The notes under the pieces: model-generated
The model's input: only the letters and a program-made list of their open reading frames with translations
The model's database searches: none
Told to the model about the DNA's origin: nothing
Assembly: GCA_020057295.1 (NCBI GenBank)
Contig: JAGVGF010000003.1
Coordinates: forward strand, 187,382 to 251,381
From: an archaeon
GTDB lineage: Archaea > Nanobdellota > Nanobdellia > Woesearchaeales > UBA9642
Reading direction: 5' to 3'
Length of the DNA stretch: 64,000 nucleotides
Shown: positions 49,675-60,412 of the stretch, one piece after another
Layout: every line of letters begins with the position of its first letter
Numbering within the stretch: the first letter of the stretch is position 1
Program-made: the position numbers and the translations under genes

Positions 49675-49844
49675 TTAGAATTCTCATATTTTTAATACAT
49701 TTCTAAATTATTTGTACTAAAGATTTTACTATAACAAACTTTATTAATAATTCTAAGATTTTCCAACCATACTTATAAGTAATATATTGTTACTAATTTA
49801 TTAAATGTAAATACTAAATGTATATATTGTATGTGGTGATTTAA

Positions 49845-51245
49845 ATGGTTAAAATAGGCGTTGTAGGAACAGGATTTGTAGGTTTGACTCATGGCGCTGT
49901 AATGGCACGTTTTGGTCATGAAGTTGTTTGTTATGATATTGATAAACATAAAATTGACGCGTTTTCTTCTGGAGACAAGAGTTTAATTGAAAAATATATT
50001 TATGAAAATGATCTGTCTGAATTAGTTGCTGAACAATTAAAATCAAACAGATTAAAGTTTAGTTTTAATCCTAATGATTTGTATGATGCTAAACTATTAT
50101 TTATGTGTCTGCCAACTCCTTATAAGGATTCTGGAGAGAGCGATTTATCCTTCTTATTCAACGCTTCTGAAGTCTTAATTAAAATGTTCAAAGAACATAA
50201 GGTTAGTGATTTTAGGTTATTTGTTAACAAGAGTACTGTTCCTGTAGGAACTGCAGGAAAATTAAGAAATTTTTTAGAATCGCACGGAATGCACAATTTT
50301 GATGTTGCGTCTAACCCAGAATTTTTGCCTGAAGGGGTAGCTGTATCACAATCTATTCACCCACCAAAAACTATTATTGGGGCAATAAGACATGAATCTT
50401 TCGAGCTATTAAGAAATGTATATAGTAGTTTCTATAATAGTCCTAATACTGCATATATTGAATCTAATCCAGAAACTGCTGAAGCCATAAAATATGCATC
50501 TAACACGTTATTATATAGTCAAATTGTGGCTTGGCAAGCTATAGCTGGTAAATTATGCGAGTCTAATAGCGAGATTGATTTCGAGATTTTACGTAAGGGT
50601 GCACTAGCTGATCCACGTGTTGCTAAATGGGGTTCATATGTTAGTGCGGGTGCTGGGGGAAGTTGTTTTAAGAAAGACGATTTATCACTAGCATTTCAAC
50701 TAGAATCAAAAGGTGTTGACAGTTCTTATGTGCGTTTAATTGATACTATTAATGAGCATCAGAAAACTTATCTTATAAATAGAGCTGAACATGAAGCAGA
50801 ATTTGATTTTAATAATAAGATCGTTGCAATACTCGGAGTTTCATTTAAACAAGGCACTAATGATATACGTGAATCCAATACATTAAAGATTATTCCGTTA
50901 CTAATTGAAAAAGGTGTTAAAGAAATTAGATTATATGATCCTCTTGCATTAAATCATGCACGTACACATTTTAATAAAGCAACTTACGCTAATAAAATAG
51001 TATATAATGAAAGTTCAGAATTAGCTTTAAATAACACAGATTGTGTGATAATAGCTACAGATCATCAAGAATTTAGAGTCTTAGTTCAAACAATAATAAA
51101 TAAAGTTAATAATGGTCTTATTAATAAACCTTATTTATTGATCGATGGTCGTAGAATAATTCCTAAAGAGGACACTCAATTACTACTAGAATCTGGTATA
51201 GATTATCTTCCTGTAGCAGGAGTTTATATTAAGAGTCTGAAATAA
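49845..51245 (+). CDS. ugd: UDP-glucose/GDP-mannose 6-dehydrogenase family
   Basis: GTGFVG, KSTVPVGT, NPEFL, GGSCFKKD catalytic Cys. Confidence 0.92.
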   Translation: MVKIGVVGTGFVGLTHGAVMARFGHEVVCYDIDKHKIDAFSSGDKSLIEKYIYENDLSELVAEQLKSNRLKFSFNPNDLYDAKLLFMCLPTPYKDSGESDLSFLFNASEVLIKMFKEHKVSDFRLFVNKSTVPVGTAGKLRNFLESHGMHNFDVASNPEFLPEGVAVSQSIHPPKTIIGAIRHESFELLRNVYSSFYNSPNTAYIESNPETAEAIKYASNTLLYSQIVAWQAIAGKLCESNSEIDFEILRKGALADPRVAKWGSYVSAGAGGSCFKKDDLSLAFQLESKGVDSSYVRLIDTINEHQKTYLINRAEHEAEFDFNNKIVAILGVSFKQGTNDIRESNTLKIIPLLIEKGVKEIRLYDPLALNHARTHFNKATYANKIVYNESSELALNNTDCVIIATDHQEFRVLVQTIINKVNNGLINKPYLLIDGRRIIPKEDTQLLLESGIDYLPVAGVYIKSLK

Positions 51246-51298
51246 AATAAGGATTAGACATTATTTAAATTAGATATTTTTTGAAAAATTATTTTATC

Positions 51299-52672
51299 TT
51301 AAGAATTATACATCCAAACCTCAACATCACTGTTGTAGTATATTCGATCAAACTTTCTACTATTCTCTATTAAAAATAGTAATCCCTCACGCTCTTTTAA
51401 GTAAGAATTGAAGTCCTTATCTATAATTAAATATTTAATATTATATTTTTGTAATAATGATTCTGTACGTTCAAGATTTCTCGAAGACGTTATATTTTCG
51501 AATGCTTCAACTCGCGATTTATCATGTTGATATGTTGTATCATCAACCAGTACTCTTCTATCAGCATAATATTCTATAATATAACCATATTTAGGATATC
51601 CTATAATATTTTCTGTTGGTAATGATTGTTTTTTAACAAATTCTAATGCATCAACATATGTTGGTAGAGGTTCAGAGCGAACCATTCTTGTAGTATATAC
51701 TAATGTTGAAAATAGTATGCTACAAATTATTAGTAGTATGGTTGTCTTTTTTATTATTGTTATAGACCATTTACGTCTATTCAAGTATATGAATGCAAAT
51801 CCTGCGTATACTACTAATATAAAATTTATATATACTCTTATTGTTGTGTTGAAAAATGCTAATGCTGTTATTAATATTAATAAAGCATATGTTAACAAGT
51901 TTTTCCAACCATTTTCCCATAATATTACTAATCCAATAACTGCTAATATTAGTATTGAAAATGATAATCCTATATCTGCTCCTATGTCTGTGATTATGTT
52001 TTGTGCAGTAAATTGGAATATGCGCCAGATATTATATCCATAATATGTATTTATTACAATGCTTAATATTATTCCTGACAGTACAGCAATGCTTGTTATT
52101 CTATAACTCGCATGATGTTTCTGACTAGAGAACATATATATTATCATAAATACTAATGTTATTATTCCAGAAAATATGTCTATAAATGGTATTATACTAA
52201 ATAATATGCTGCTGTATAATGTCTTATTATCCAGAAGGAAATATAATCCTAGAATATTTAATACTATTATAACAGAGTATATTTTATAGTCTGTGAATAT
52301 ATATGAATATATAGGACTTACAATCATTAATCCTAATATTGCAATGATTGTTTTTTCTGACACGTTTTGTTTTTTTAATACAAGATATGCTAATAGTACT
52401 GTTATTATTCCTAATAATATAGGTAAAATTCTGAACATTATCATTTGTCCAGTACTATTTAATGGTATGAGATTTAGAATATTTAATTGTATACTACGGC
52501 CTTGTAAGGCATCATAATTTATATTTCCCTGATTGTATACTCTTATATTATTGTAACTTTCAGAGTTTATGACAAAAGCGTTATTATTTATCAATCTAAT
52601 AATCGTAGGTGTAACTAGTAATATTGCAGATAGCAACATTATTAGTATAACATAATTTCTTGTGTTTGTCAT
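51299..52672 (-). CDS. Polytopic membrane protein, GT-C/STT3-like architecture
   Basis: About 11 TM helices plus extracellular C-domain (YGYIIEYYADR...KYNIKY); no WWDYG. Confidence 0.6.
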   Translation of the reverse strand: MTNTRNYVILIMLLSAILLVTPTIIRLINNNAFVINSESYNNIRVYNQGNINYDALQGRSIQLNILNLIPLNSTGQMIMFRILPILLGIITVLLAYLVLKKQNVSEKTIIAILGLMIVSPIYSYIFTDYKIYSVIIVLNILGLYFLLDNKTLYSSILFSIIPFIDIFSGIITLVFMIIYMFSSQKHHASYRITSIAVLSGIILSIVINTYYGYNIWRIFQFTAQNIITDIGADIGLSFSILILAVIGLVILWENGWKNLLTYALLILITALAFFNTTIRVYINFILVVYAGFAFIYLNRRKWSITIIKKTTILLIICSILFSTLVYTTRMVRSEPLPTYVDALEFVKKQSLPTENIIGYPKYGYIIEYYADRRVLVDDTTYQHDKSRVEAFENITSSRNLERTESLLQKYNIKYLIIDKDFNSYLKEREGLLFLIENSRKFDRIYYNSDVEVWMYNS

Positions 52673-52673
52673 T

Positions 52674-54176
52674 TTATTCTACCTTACACGTGGTGTAATA
52701 TATGTATGCGTTTCCTATGTAGTATTGTGGTAGGAAGCATTTATTATCTTTAACATAGGATATATCTTTGAGATTGTAAGTTTGTAACGTATTTGATGTT
52801 ATTAGCACATATTTAGAGTTATATTTATTTAGTGTGCCTAATGCTTTAGTTTCAAATGTTGTAGTGTATATTTCATTAATGTCTAATAATCTTTGATCTA
52901 TTCTTGGTGTAAGTAAAAAATTGTTATCCATAAGATTTTTTCTATGAGCATAATATGTTACTAAGTTTCCTTCTCCAAGAGTTGAAGTGATTATAGCATC
53001 TTGTGGAAGATTTGTAGAAGCCCATTTTAATACAGCAACATCATCACTACTTGGTGTAATCTTTGTACGCTGCATGCCAAATATCACTGAAGGAACTATT
53101 GCTGTAACTATAAATAATATTAATAGTAAAGTGTATAATGCCCACTTATATTTTTGTATTTTACTTTTTGTTATAAAGTCTCCAAATCTCTTCAACGAGT
53201 ATGCAGTTAAAATAACTAGTGTTATACTTAAGAATATTAGTCCTGTGATTAGATCTGTTAGTTTAAACCATAATAATATGAATGAACTCATTCCTACGGA
53301 TATAAGTAACATTATTTCTTTGCTGTGTTCTATATGAAATGCTGCATAGTATGCGTACACACCGAATATTAATGGTATGATGCTTACTGTTAAGAATAAT
53401 TCTATGAATGTTGTTTGTCCAAAAAAGTTTGACAGCATTTGCACAGGAATGTTTTGCCATACTACTAACAGTCCATGCGTTAAGAATGCATTCTTGTATA
53501 TTAACAGGTTTACCCAGAATACTAGAAATGTGAAGAATAAAATTATTTCTAACTCCTTCATTTCTATAGATAAATTTTCTAACTTAGATAATAATAGATA
53601 TAGTAATAATCCTATTATAAGTATGAACGCTAATGGTGTTGTAAGAACTAGTAAAAACATCAATATCAATGCATAATCTACATATTTACGTTCACCAATC
53701 CTGAATATACAGTATATTATGCTAAACACAAGCAATACTGCAAGATAATCTACAGTAATTTTGTTAATATCTAAGAAATATATTGGTATAAATCCTGACA
53801 TGAATGCTGTAGTTAAAGATATACGCATATTTTTAGTAATTTTTAATGATAGATAATATACTATCACTATTAATAGTGCGGCAAATATGTTTGGTAAAAT
53901 TTTTCCGACAAGTTCTGGAGGAAATATTAAACTAAATGTTGCAAGAACGTAATAATTTAGTGGTGCAAATAATTGTGTCTTTCCACCATAACTTAATGGA
54001 TCTTTATATAATGGGAATCCTGTATCTTTAATATGTTCTACTTGTCTTAATGTAAAATAAGCATCGTAATTAAACATCGGTGTTTGAAATGCAATATATA
54101 GTCTTACAGCTAAAACTAACACAAATATTAGTATGAGCCAAAATGCTGGTTTATCTTTTAAGTCTTTGAAATTCAT
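52674..54176 (-). CDS. Polytopic membrane protein, GT-C/STT3-like architecture
   Basis: RL...YDAYF..R first-loop acidic motif, DPLSYGG, many TM helices, C-domain (GNLVTYYAHRK...KYNSKY). Confidence 0.65.
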   Translation of the reverse strand: MNFKDLKDKPAFWLILIFVLVLAVRLYIAFQTPMFNYDAYFTLRQVEHIKDTGFPLYKDPLSYGGKTQLFAPLNYYVLATFSLIFPPELVGKILPNIFAALLIVIVYYLSLKITKNMRISLTTAFMSGFIPIYFLDINKITVDYLAVLLVFSIIYCIFRIGERKYVDYALILMFLLVLTTPLAFILIIGLLLYLLLSKLENLSIEMKELEIILFFTFLVFWVNLLIYKNAFLTHGLLVVWQNIPVQMLSNFFGQTTFIELFLTVSIIPLIFGVYAYYAAFHIEHSKEIMLLISVGMSSFILLWFKLTDLITGLIFLSITLVILTAYSLKRFGDFITKSKIQKYKWALYTLLLILFIVTAIVPSVIFGMQRTKITPSSDDVAVLKWASTNLPQDAIITSTLGEGNLVTYYAHRKNLMDNNFLLTPRIDQRLLDINEIYTTTFETKALGTLNKYNSKYVLITSNTLQTYNLKDISYVKDNKCFLPQYYIGNAYIYYTTCKVE

Positions 54177-54294
54177 GCTCGATAATCATAGTCAGGATAG
54201 GTTTAAAAATGTTAGGGTTTACGACCCTTTTTATGGTTATGATGTGTTATTTTATGATAACTACATTTAAAAACCCTTCTTCTTTACATATGTT

Positions 54295-54966
54295 ATGAAG
54301 GTTTCATCTGGTGTGGATTTTGTTGATGTTCTTCTTGAAGGAGGATATGAGGACGATGTAATTACAACTATTTCTGGTCCTCCGGGAGCTGCTAAGACTA
54401 ATTTTTGTTTATTAGCAATGACCTCTATTAAGGATAAGAAGATATTATATGTTGATACAGAGGGAAGTTTTTCTTTTGAAAGATTTAAACAAGTATGTCC
54501 AAATTATGAAGAAGTTCTTAATCGTACAATATTTTTGACTCCTACAACTTATTTGGAACAGAAAGATGCGTTTGAATTCTTGCGTAATGCAGTTGATGAG
54601 AAATTTGGATTAATAATTATTGATTCTATTGCCGCACTTTATCGTTTAGAGATTGGTGTAAGTAATGATGTGCAAAATGTTAATCGTGAATTAGGAATGC
54701 ATATGGCAATGCTTACTGAGATTGCACGTAAAAAAAAGATTCCTGTAATCCTCACTAATCAAGTTTATACTGATTTTGGTGATCGTGAAAAGACTCGAAG
54801 TATTGGTGGAGATACAATGCGTTACTGGAGTAGGGCAATGCTTGAGATAAATAAACAAAAAGGCGATTTAAGAAAGTTAACAATAATAAAACATCGCTCT
54901 ATCAAAGAAGGAAATTTTTCTATATTTAGAATAATACAAACGGGATTAGAAGAAGTTAAAGGATGA
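54295..54966 (+). CDS. radB: DNA repair and recombination protein RadB
   Basis: GPPGAAKT, YVDTEG, IIDS, TNQV, KHR motif; no RadA N-domain. Confidence 0.92.
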   Translation: MKVSSGVDFVDVLLEGGYEDDVITTISGPPGAAKTNFCLLAMTSIKDKKILYVDTEGSFSFERFKQVCPNYEEVLNRTIFLTPTTYLEQKDAFEFLRNAVDEKFGLIIIDSIAALYRLEIGVSNDVQNVNRELGMHMAMLTEIARKKKIPVILTNQVYTDFGDREKTRSIGGDTMRYWSRAMLEINKQKGDLRKLTIIKHRSIKEGNFSIFRIIQTGLEEVKG

Positions 54967-54997
54967 TCTCTTTTATTTTATACGTTGATATTCTAAA

Positions 54998-57900
54998 TTA
55001 TTTCTTGCGTTCTACATGTATGTGATGCATTAATAATAATATTATAACAGCACAAGCTAATATTATTAATGGTATTGTATAATCGATATCCATGTAAGGT
55101 ATATCTGATATCATATTTCCTGTGAATACGTTTCCATCATCGCTGCTTGTTCTGTTGAAATTTCGAGTTTCTGTAGTTACTGTTGCTGTAGCATTTGTCA
55201 TAGAAGCATAGAAGGAATATGCTCCAACAGTTGTAGTATTTTCTAAACTTATGAATCTCCATTCTGAAGTACTATATTTGTTTAGACTTGATGCATAGAT
55301 TTGTGTTATCTCTGTAGAATCTAATGTTCTATTCCATATTTTTATTTCATCTATAGTTCCATTCCAGTAATTGAAATTTGTGAATACTCCTATGTTGAAG
55401 AATGCTGATCCTGTATTCCACATTGGTCTACTGTTTGTGGATCTTAAATTTCCGTTAGTGTATAATATCACATCTGATCCATTATATGCTGCACATATAT
55501 GATTCCAAACATCAACAGACCAGAAACTATTCGTATAACATGCACTTCCTGAACTAGCGTCTACAAGTAAATTTGCGTTATCTCTACCAATGGAGAAAGT
55601 TTGATTTGTTGATTGAGTGCCCCATGCAATTATTGTTCCTCCTCCTGTAACACTGTTTGTTTTTGCCCATGCACATACTGTTCTGTTCTGTGTTCCATTT
55701 GGTATTACTGTTTTATATCCTACTGCTACTTTTCCTGCACCGCTACTTCCATTGAATTCATATGCTCCATAGTATTTTCCTGTACTGTTGTACCAAGACG
55801 ATCCGCTAACCGTTCCATTATTAGCATTCTTTGAAATATCTACAACTTTTGAGGAATTTTCTCCTAGTGCAGACATATTATCAAAATTAATCATAAACAC
55901 TAGATTATCGTCATATAAAGAGTAATTTGCGCTGTTCCAATTTAATATAAATTGTGTTAGTGTAGGATTTGTGAAACTCACATTAACTGTTGCATTATCG
56001 TGCAATGTATTTGTTCCATTTATTATGGTTGATGTAAAGAATGTTATTCCTATATTTGTATATGTTGCATTAACGTTTACTGTTGCATTATTATAATATC
56101 CATCAAATGCCATTGCTTCAATAGTGTTGCTTCCGTCTGATAAATCTAAATCCTTGCGCCATGTTATTGTTCCAGTAGCATTCATCCATGGTCCTGTATA
56201 TGTACTGTTCTTTACTCTTACTTGAACATACGATATTCCTGTAGTATCACTAGCATTTCCGTATACTCTTATACTTGCCGTGTTATAATTTTGACTTTCA
56301 GTAGGATTTAATATGTTAACATTTGGAGGACTAATATCTGGAGGGATTGTTGCTGTTATATTTGCATGATATGTCGTAGAATTTTTGCCTAATAAATCTA
56401 CAGATATAGCTTCTATAATATTTGTTCCGTTATATAATAATATTGTAGCCGTCCAATTAACTGTGCCTGTAGCATTTACCCATGTTCCATTGTATGTACT
56501 ATTTGTTGCTCTTATTTTAACGTAAGTTACTTGATTATCGTCCCATGAAGTTCCGTTAACTTGATATGATGAATTTGTATCATTGAATGTTACTACAGAA
56601 TTATTTGTAAATGAAGTTATTGTAACATTAGGATTGTAAATATCTATGAGTCTACCTATTAGTGTTAAGTCATCAATATAGAATGTGTTATTTGCTGGAG
56701 ATTGTGTTGTAAAGTCTATCCTATTAAATAAATTATTATACGGATTAAGATCTGTCATATTTATTCTCTTATAGACCCAGCCGTTAGTCGTATTTCCTAA
56801 AACTACGGAAGGGAATGTTCCGTCTCCTTCGAGTTGCATTGTTATATATTCACTAGAACCTCCTCCATGAATATAGAATCCTATGCTACTATATCCGTCA
56901 GGGTCTGGAACAGTTGCATATCCTACTCTACCAATAGATAATGCTGCCCATGCCGCACTATTATTGAAGCTGATTGAGTAAGTTCCATTATTGACTGTGG
57001 ATGTTTCAGTATAATTATCTGTACCGCTCCATGATTGATCGTTCCAAGTAGGATCTAATGTGTCATTAAATATGATCCAATCTAATTCTCCGAATAGTGT
57101 AGCTGTTATTGTCACATTTGCTGTTGTTGATGGATTTAATGATGAATCTATCGCTTGAGCGTATATAATATTTGTTCCGTTCTTTAATATTGCAGATCCA
57201 GTCCATGATGTAGTTCCTGTTGCTGTACTCCATGTTCCATTATTAACTTTATATTTTACATATAATACTTGCATATCATCAGATGTAGTACCGCTTATAT
57301 TTATAGTATAATTTGTGAAATTTTGTCCATTGGATGGTGAAGTTATACTTGTTGTTGGAGCATTTGATTCGACACTCCAATTTGCAGGTTTTGCCTTCAT
57401 AATTGCATTATGTCTCTTGTATAATTCTAGTATTGCAACATCTCTATCATCGCAAATGTTTCCTCCAAACTCATTACATTTTGTACCGTCATATACATAT
57501 TCCCATAATAAATCTCCTGCTGCCCTATTTTCTGAAATATTCCACCATGCAAGATATATATCGATTTTTCCTGAAGAATCTCCACTTCCCTCTTCATCAC
57601 TACCATACTCTCCTAAGATTAATGGTTTTCCTACCATATCTGCAATATCTGCATGATCTTTAACATATGCCACTCCATCAACTATTTCATTTGTCATTCC
57701 AAATGTTGCAGGATATAAGTGCAGAGATAAAAAGTCTAGTTCTGGTATTTGAGAATTTAGTATAAAACTAGTTCCATCACTAACTCTCATCCAATATGTA
57801 TTGGTATAATTTTGTGTGTAATTTGTCGGACTATTAACATCGAATCCTTCTTCACCGTTAGATACGAGATGATTCGAATCAATACTCTTAATGTACTGAA

Positions 57901-59563
57901 TAATATTTCGTGTCCAATCTCTCATTGGTGTTCCGTTTGTTCCAGGATATCTTGGCTCGTTCATTAATTCCCAAGCCATAATTGTTGGTTCATCTTTATA
58001 CTTTATTCCGGTATAAACATTTGTTCTATTTAAGACTGTTTGAATGTAATCTTTGTACCATCCTTTAACAGTCTCGTTTTCATAGAATATTGCTGCAGAT
58101 GTTGCGTTTGGACTGTTATCTTCAGGATATCCTGCCCATGTTGAATATGCACAGATTCCTCCGTGTGCTCCCCAGAAATTTGTGAATGTCAAAATTAGTT
58201 TTATATTTCTATCCTTAGCTTTTTTAACTACAGAATCAAGAAGTTGGAAATTTGTTTCATTATACACTCCTGGAGTAATTTGAATTGCTGGATCTCCAGA
58301 CCAGTACCCACATGCACTTATTTCTCCATCATAATGTCCCCAAATTCTTGCGACTGTAACATTATTTGCAGCATAAGAATCTAATGTATAATTTATTAAT
58401 GTCGGATTAATTTTTTCATATGTTATTAGGTAATATGCATTACTTCCGCCGAAATAAAATTCTGAACCATTACTATAAAATTTAGTTCCGGAAACTGTAA
58501 CGAAAGGAGATATTATTGCAGGATTTACTATTGTTACATTTACTGTTGTTGTAGTGTTTATATTATTTAATGTGTCATTTGCTACTGCATTATATGTTAT
58601 TATTGTTCCATTTGCGTAATAGTTTGTCGTGTAGTTGCATGGTGATGTTGCACAATTTTTTACGTTTGTGTTATTTACGTAGATTTTTATTTGCGATATT
58701 CCGTTTGTATCGTTTGCTGTTGCTGTGAATGTAATATTTTGTGTACTATTAGGATTTGATGGAGAATATGTTATGATTAATGAAGGACTTGTTGTATCTG
58801 GTGTAGGTGCACTTGGTGTACTTCCTCCGCTTGATCCTCCACCACCTCCCCCTCCGCCGCTTCTGACGGTTGTTTGATTAGTTATATTACTAGGTGTTAT
58901 AGTTATGTTTGATGGGAGAGTATTATTTTGTTGTAGATTTGTATTGTTGGTTTGCGTATTTGTATTATTTTCTATTATTTGTGTAGGTTTTTGCGTTTCT
59001 GGATTCTTTGCTTTTTCTATTTGTTTGTTCGAATTCTCTCCAAAAAATTCTATTGTTGATGATTGTTCCTCATTATTTAGATCGTATTTTATATTTATGC
59101 TTCCACTAATTTGTGTCAAATCTATGTTTGGACAGTTCAAGATAATTTTTATTATTTTATACTCCGATGCGTTGAGATATTCTTGGTCTATATACACGCT
59201 GTTGCATGTTTTCAAAGATTCTGATAGATTATTTACACTTATTTTGCTTATCGCTCCGACAGATTTCTGTGTTTTTAAAAGAATAAAGTTTTGCCCCTGA
59301 GTATTTGAAGAAGTATTTATGTTTAATAACACTTGTTCACATGTGAATGTTCCGTCCGAATGACATGTTGATTCTGATGCAGTATACCTATAGTAAGTAT
59401 AAACTCCTCCAACTATTACTAAAGCTATTATTAACATTACGATTAATTGAGTTGTTATAGGATTTGGTATAGAGTTTGCTACTAAAAGTTTTATAGAAGT
59501 AGGACTAGGATTGACTTTCTGGGTTCCACTATTTAAAACAGCCTGTGGTTGTTCTTTACTCAT
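54998..59563 (-). CDS. 1521-aa surface glycoside hydrolase: N-terminal TM, Gly linker, Ig, GH5 endo-beta-mannanase-like, Ig, CBM-like, Ig, LamG, C-terminal TM
   Basis: GSNAYY, WELMNEPR (acid/base Glu), GEEGF, HLYP, LGEYG (nucleophile Glu); WNHIC...GTIDEIKIWNRTL LamG. Confidence 0.85.
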   Translation of the reverse strand: MSKEQPQAVLNSGTQKVNPSPTSIKLLVANSIPNPITTQLIVMLIIALVIVGGVYTYYRYTASESTCHSDGTFTCEQVLLNINTSSNTQGQNFILLKTQKSVGAISKISVNNLSESLKTCNSVYIDQEYLNASEYKIIKIILNCPNIDLTQISGSINIKYDLNNEEQSSTIEFFGENSNKQIEKAKNPETQKPTQIIENNTNTQTNNTNLQQNNTLPSNITITPSNITNQTTVRSGGGGGGGGSSGGSTPSAPTPDTTSPSLIITYSPSNPNSTQNITFTATANDTNGISQIKIYVNNTNVKNCATSPCNYTTNYYANGTIITYNAVANDTLNNINTTTTVNVTIVNPAIISPFVTVSGTKFYSNGSEFYFGGSNAYYLITYEKINPTLINYTLDSYAANNVTVARIWGHYDGEISACGYWSGDPAIQITPGVYNETNFQLLDSVVKKAKDRNIKLILTFTNFWGAHGGICAYSTWAGYPEDNSPNATSAAIFYENETVKGWYKDYIQTVLNRTNVYTGIKYKDEPTIMAWELMNEPRYPGTNGTPMRDWTRNIIQYIKSIDSNHLVSNGEEGFDVNSPTNYTQNYTNTYWMRVSDGTSFILNSQIPELDFLSLHLYPATFGMTNEIVDGVAYVKDHADIADMVGKPLILGEYGSDEEGSGDSSGKIDIYLAWWNISENRAAGDLLWEYVYDGTKCNEFGGNICDDRDVAILELYKRHNAIMKAKPANWSVESNAPTTSITSPSNGQNFTNYTINISGTTSDDMQVLYVKYKVNNGTWSTATGTTSWTGSAILKNGTNIIYAQAIDSSLNPSTTANVTITATLFGELDWIIFNDTLDPTWNDQSWSGTDNYTETSTVNNGTYSISFNNSAAWAALSIGRVGYATVPDPDGYSSIGFYIHGGGSSEYITMQLEGDGTFPSVVLGNTTNGWVYKRINMTDLNPYNNLFNRIDFTTQSPANNTFYIDDLTLIGRLIDIYNPNVTITSFTNNSVVTFNDTNSSYQVNGTSWDDNQVTYVKIRATNSTYNGTWVNATGTVNWTATILLYNGTNIIEAISVDLLGKNSTTYHANITATIPPDISPPNVNILNPTESQNYNTASIRVYGNASDTTGISYVQVRVKNSTYTGPWMNATGTITWRKDLDLSDGSNTIEAMAFDGYYNNATVNVNATYTNIGITFFTSTIINGTNTLHDNATVNVSFTNPTLTQFILNWNSANYSLYDDNLVFMINFDNMSALGENSSKVVDISKNANNGTVSGSSWYNSTGKYYGAYEFNGSSGAGKVAVGYKTVIPNGTQNRTVCAWAKTNSVTGGGTIIAWGTQSTNQTFSIGRDNANLLVDASSGSACYTNSFWSVDVWNHICAAYNGSDVILYTNGNLRSTNSRPMWNTGSAFFNIGVFTNFNYWNGTIDEIKIWNRTLDSTEITQIYASSLNKYSTSEWRFISLENTTTVGAYSFYASMTNATATVTTETRNFNRTSSDDGNVFTGNMISDIPYMDIDYTIPLIILACAVIILLLMHHIHVERKK

Positions 59564-59691
59564 AAATACTTTACTTGCCCAACAATCAAGTCCTTTACGT
59601 ATTATTGACCTATTTATTTATATAGATTATGGTATAATTAAGTATACTTAACAGAAATTTTTGATAAATAAAATAAATAAAAAAGACGATT

Positions 59692-60291
59692 TTATTCGTC
59701 TGAGAAGTCTTGCATTGTTGCTTTGAAGTCTTCTGGCTTCTTTATAATGTGTCTATTTAGCAAGTATCTTTGTGTTAATATTAAGAATAATATTCCTAAT
59801 GATTTCTTTCCTTTATTGTTACATGGTACAACTAAGTCTATGTAGTTTGCATTATTGTTTGTATCACATAATGCTATTACTGGTATTCCTACCTTGTATG
59901 CATCCATTACTGCATTCTTGTCTGGCCATGCATCAATTACCATTACAATTTTTGCTTCTAAAAAATTCTTTAATGATGGATTAGTCATTAATCCTGGTGT
60001 ATAACGTCCTGCGAATGTTTTTGCGCCAGTCATTTTACCGAACTGTTTTACTGCTTTCCATCCGTTTTCTCTTCGTGAAATTACTACAATATCTTCAGGA
60101 GCATATTTGCTTAACATGTCTGCTGTTAATCGTATTCTCTCATCGATTTGTTGAATGTTTAGAACTGTTAAACCATCCGGTCTTGTCTTGTAGATGAATT
60201 TCTCCATATACTTAGTCTTAAATTTTGTTCCAATGTGTATTCCTGACTTTAAATAATCCTCTGTTGGTACTAATAAACTTTGATCTGACAT
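59692..60291 (-). CDS. rps2: 30S ribosomal protein uS2 (archaeal)
   Basis: YLKSGIHIGT, GRYTPG, ALCDT, PCNNKG. Confidence 0.97.
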   Translation of the reverse strand: MSDQSLLVPTEDYLKSGIHIGTKFKTKYMEKFIYKTRPDGLTVLNIQQIDERIRLTADMLSKYAPEDIVVISRRENGWKAVKQFGKMTGAKTFAGRYTPGLMTNPSLKNFLEAKIVMVIDAWPDKNAVMDAYKVGIPVIALCDTNNNANYIDLVVPCNNKGKKSLGILFLILTQRYLLNRHIIKKPEDFKATMQDFSDE

Positions 60292-60321
60292 TTTGGTTTC
60301 CTCTGTAATCTTTTATTATAT

Positions 60322-60412
60322 TATTACGTAAACCTATAAGAACGTTTCATGCACCATTATTTTAACCTCAGGTGCCGTTCCTTGCGACTATAGCGTCGTA
60401 GGTTTGGTAATA
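60322..60412 (-). promoter_or_regulatory. Structured 5' leader of rps2 (candidate ribosomal-protein leader)
   Basis: Nested stems TATTAC/GTAATA, AAACCTA/TAGGTTT, CGAC/GTCG, AGGAACG/CGTTCTT, GCACC/GGTGC; begins about 21 nt below TTTATAAA (60433-60440). Confidence 0.6.
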
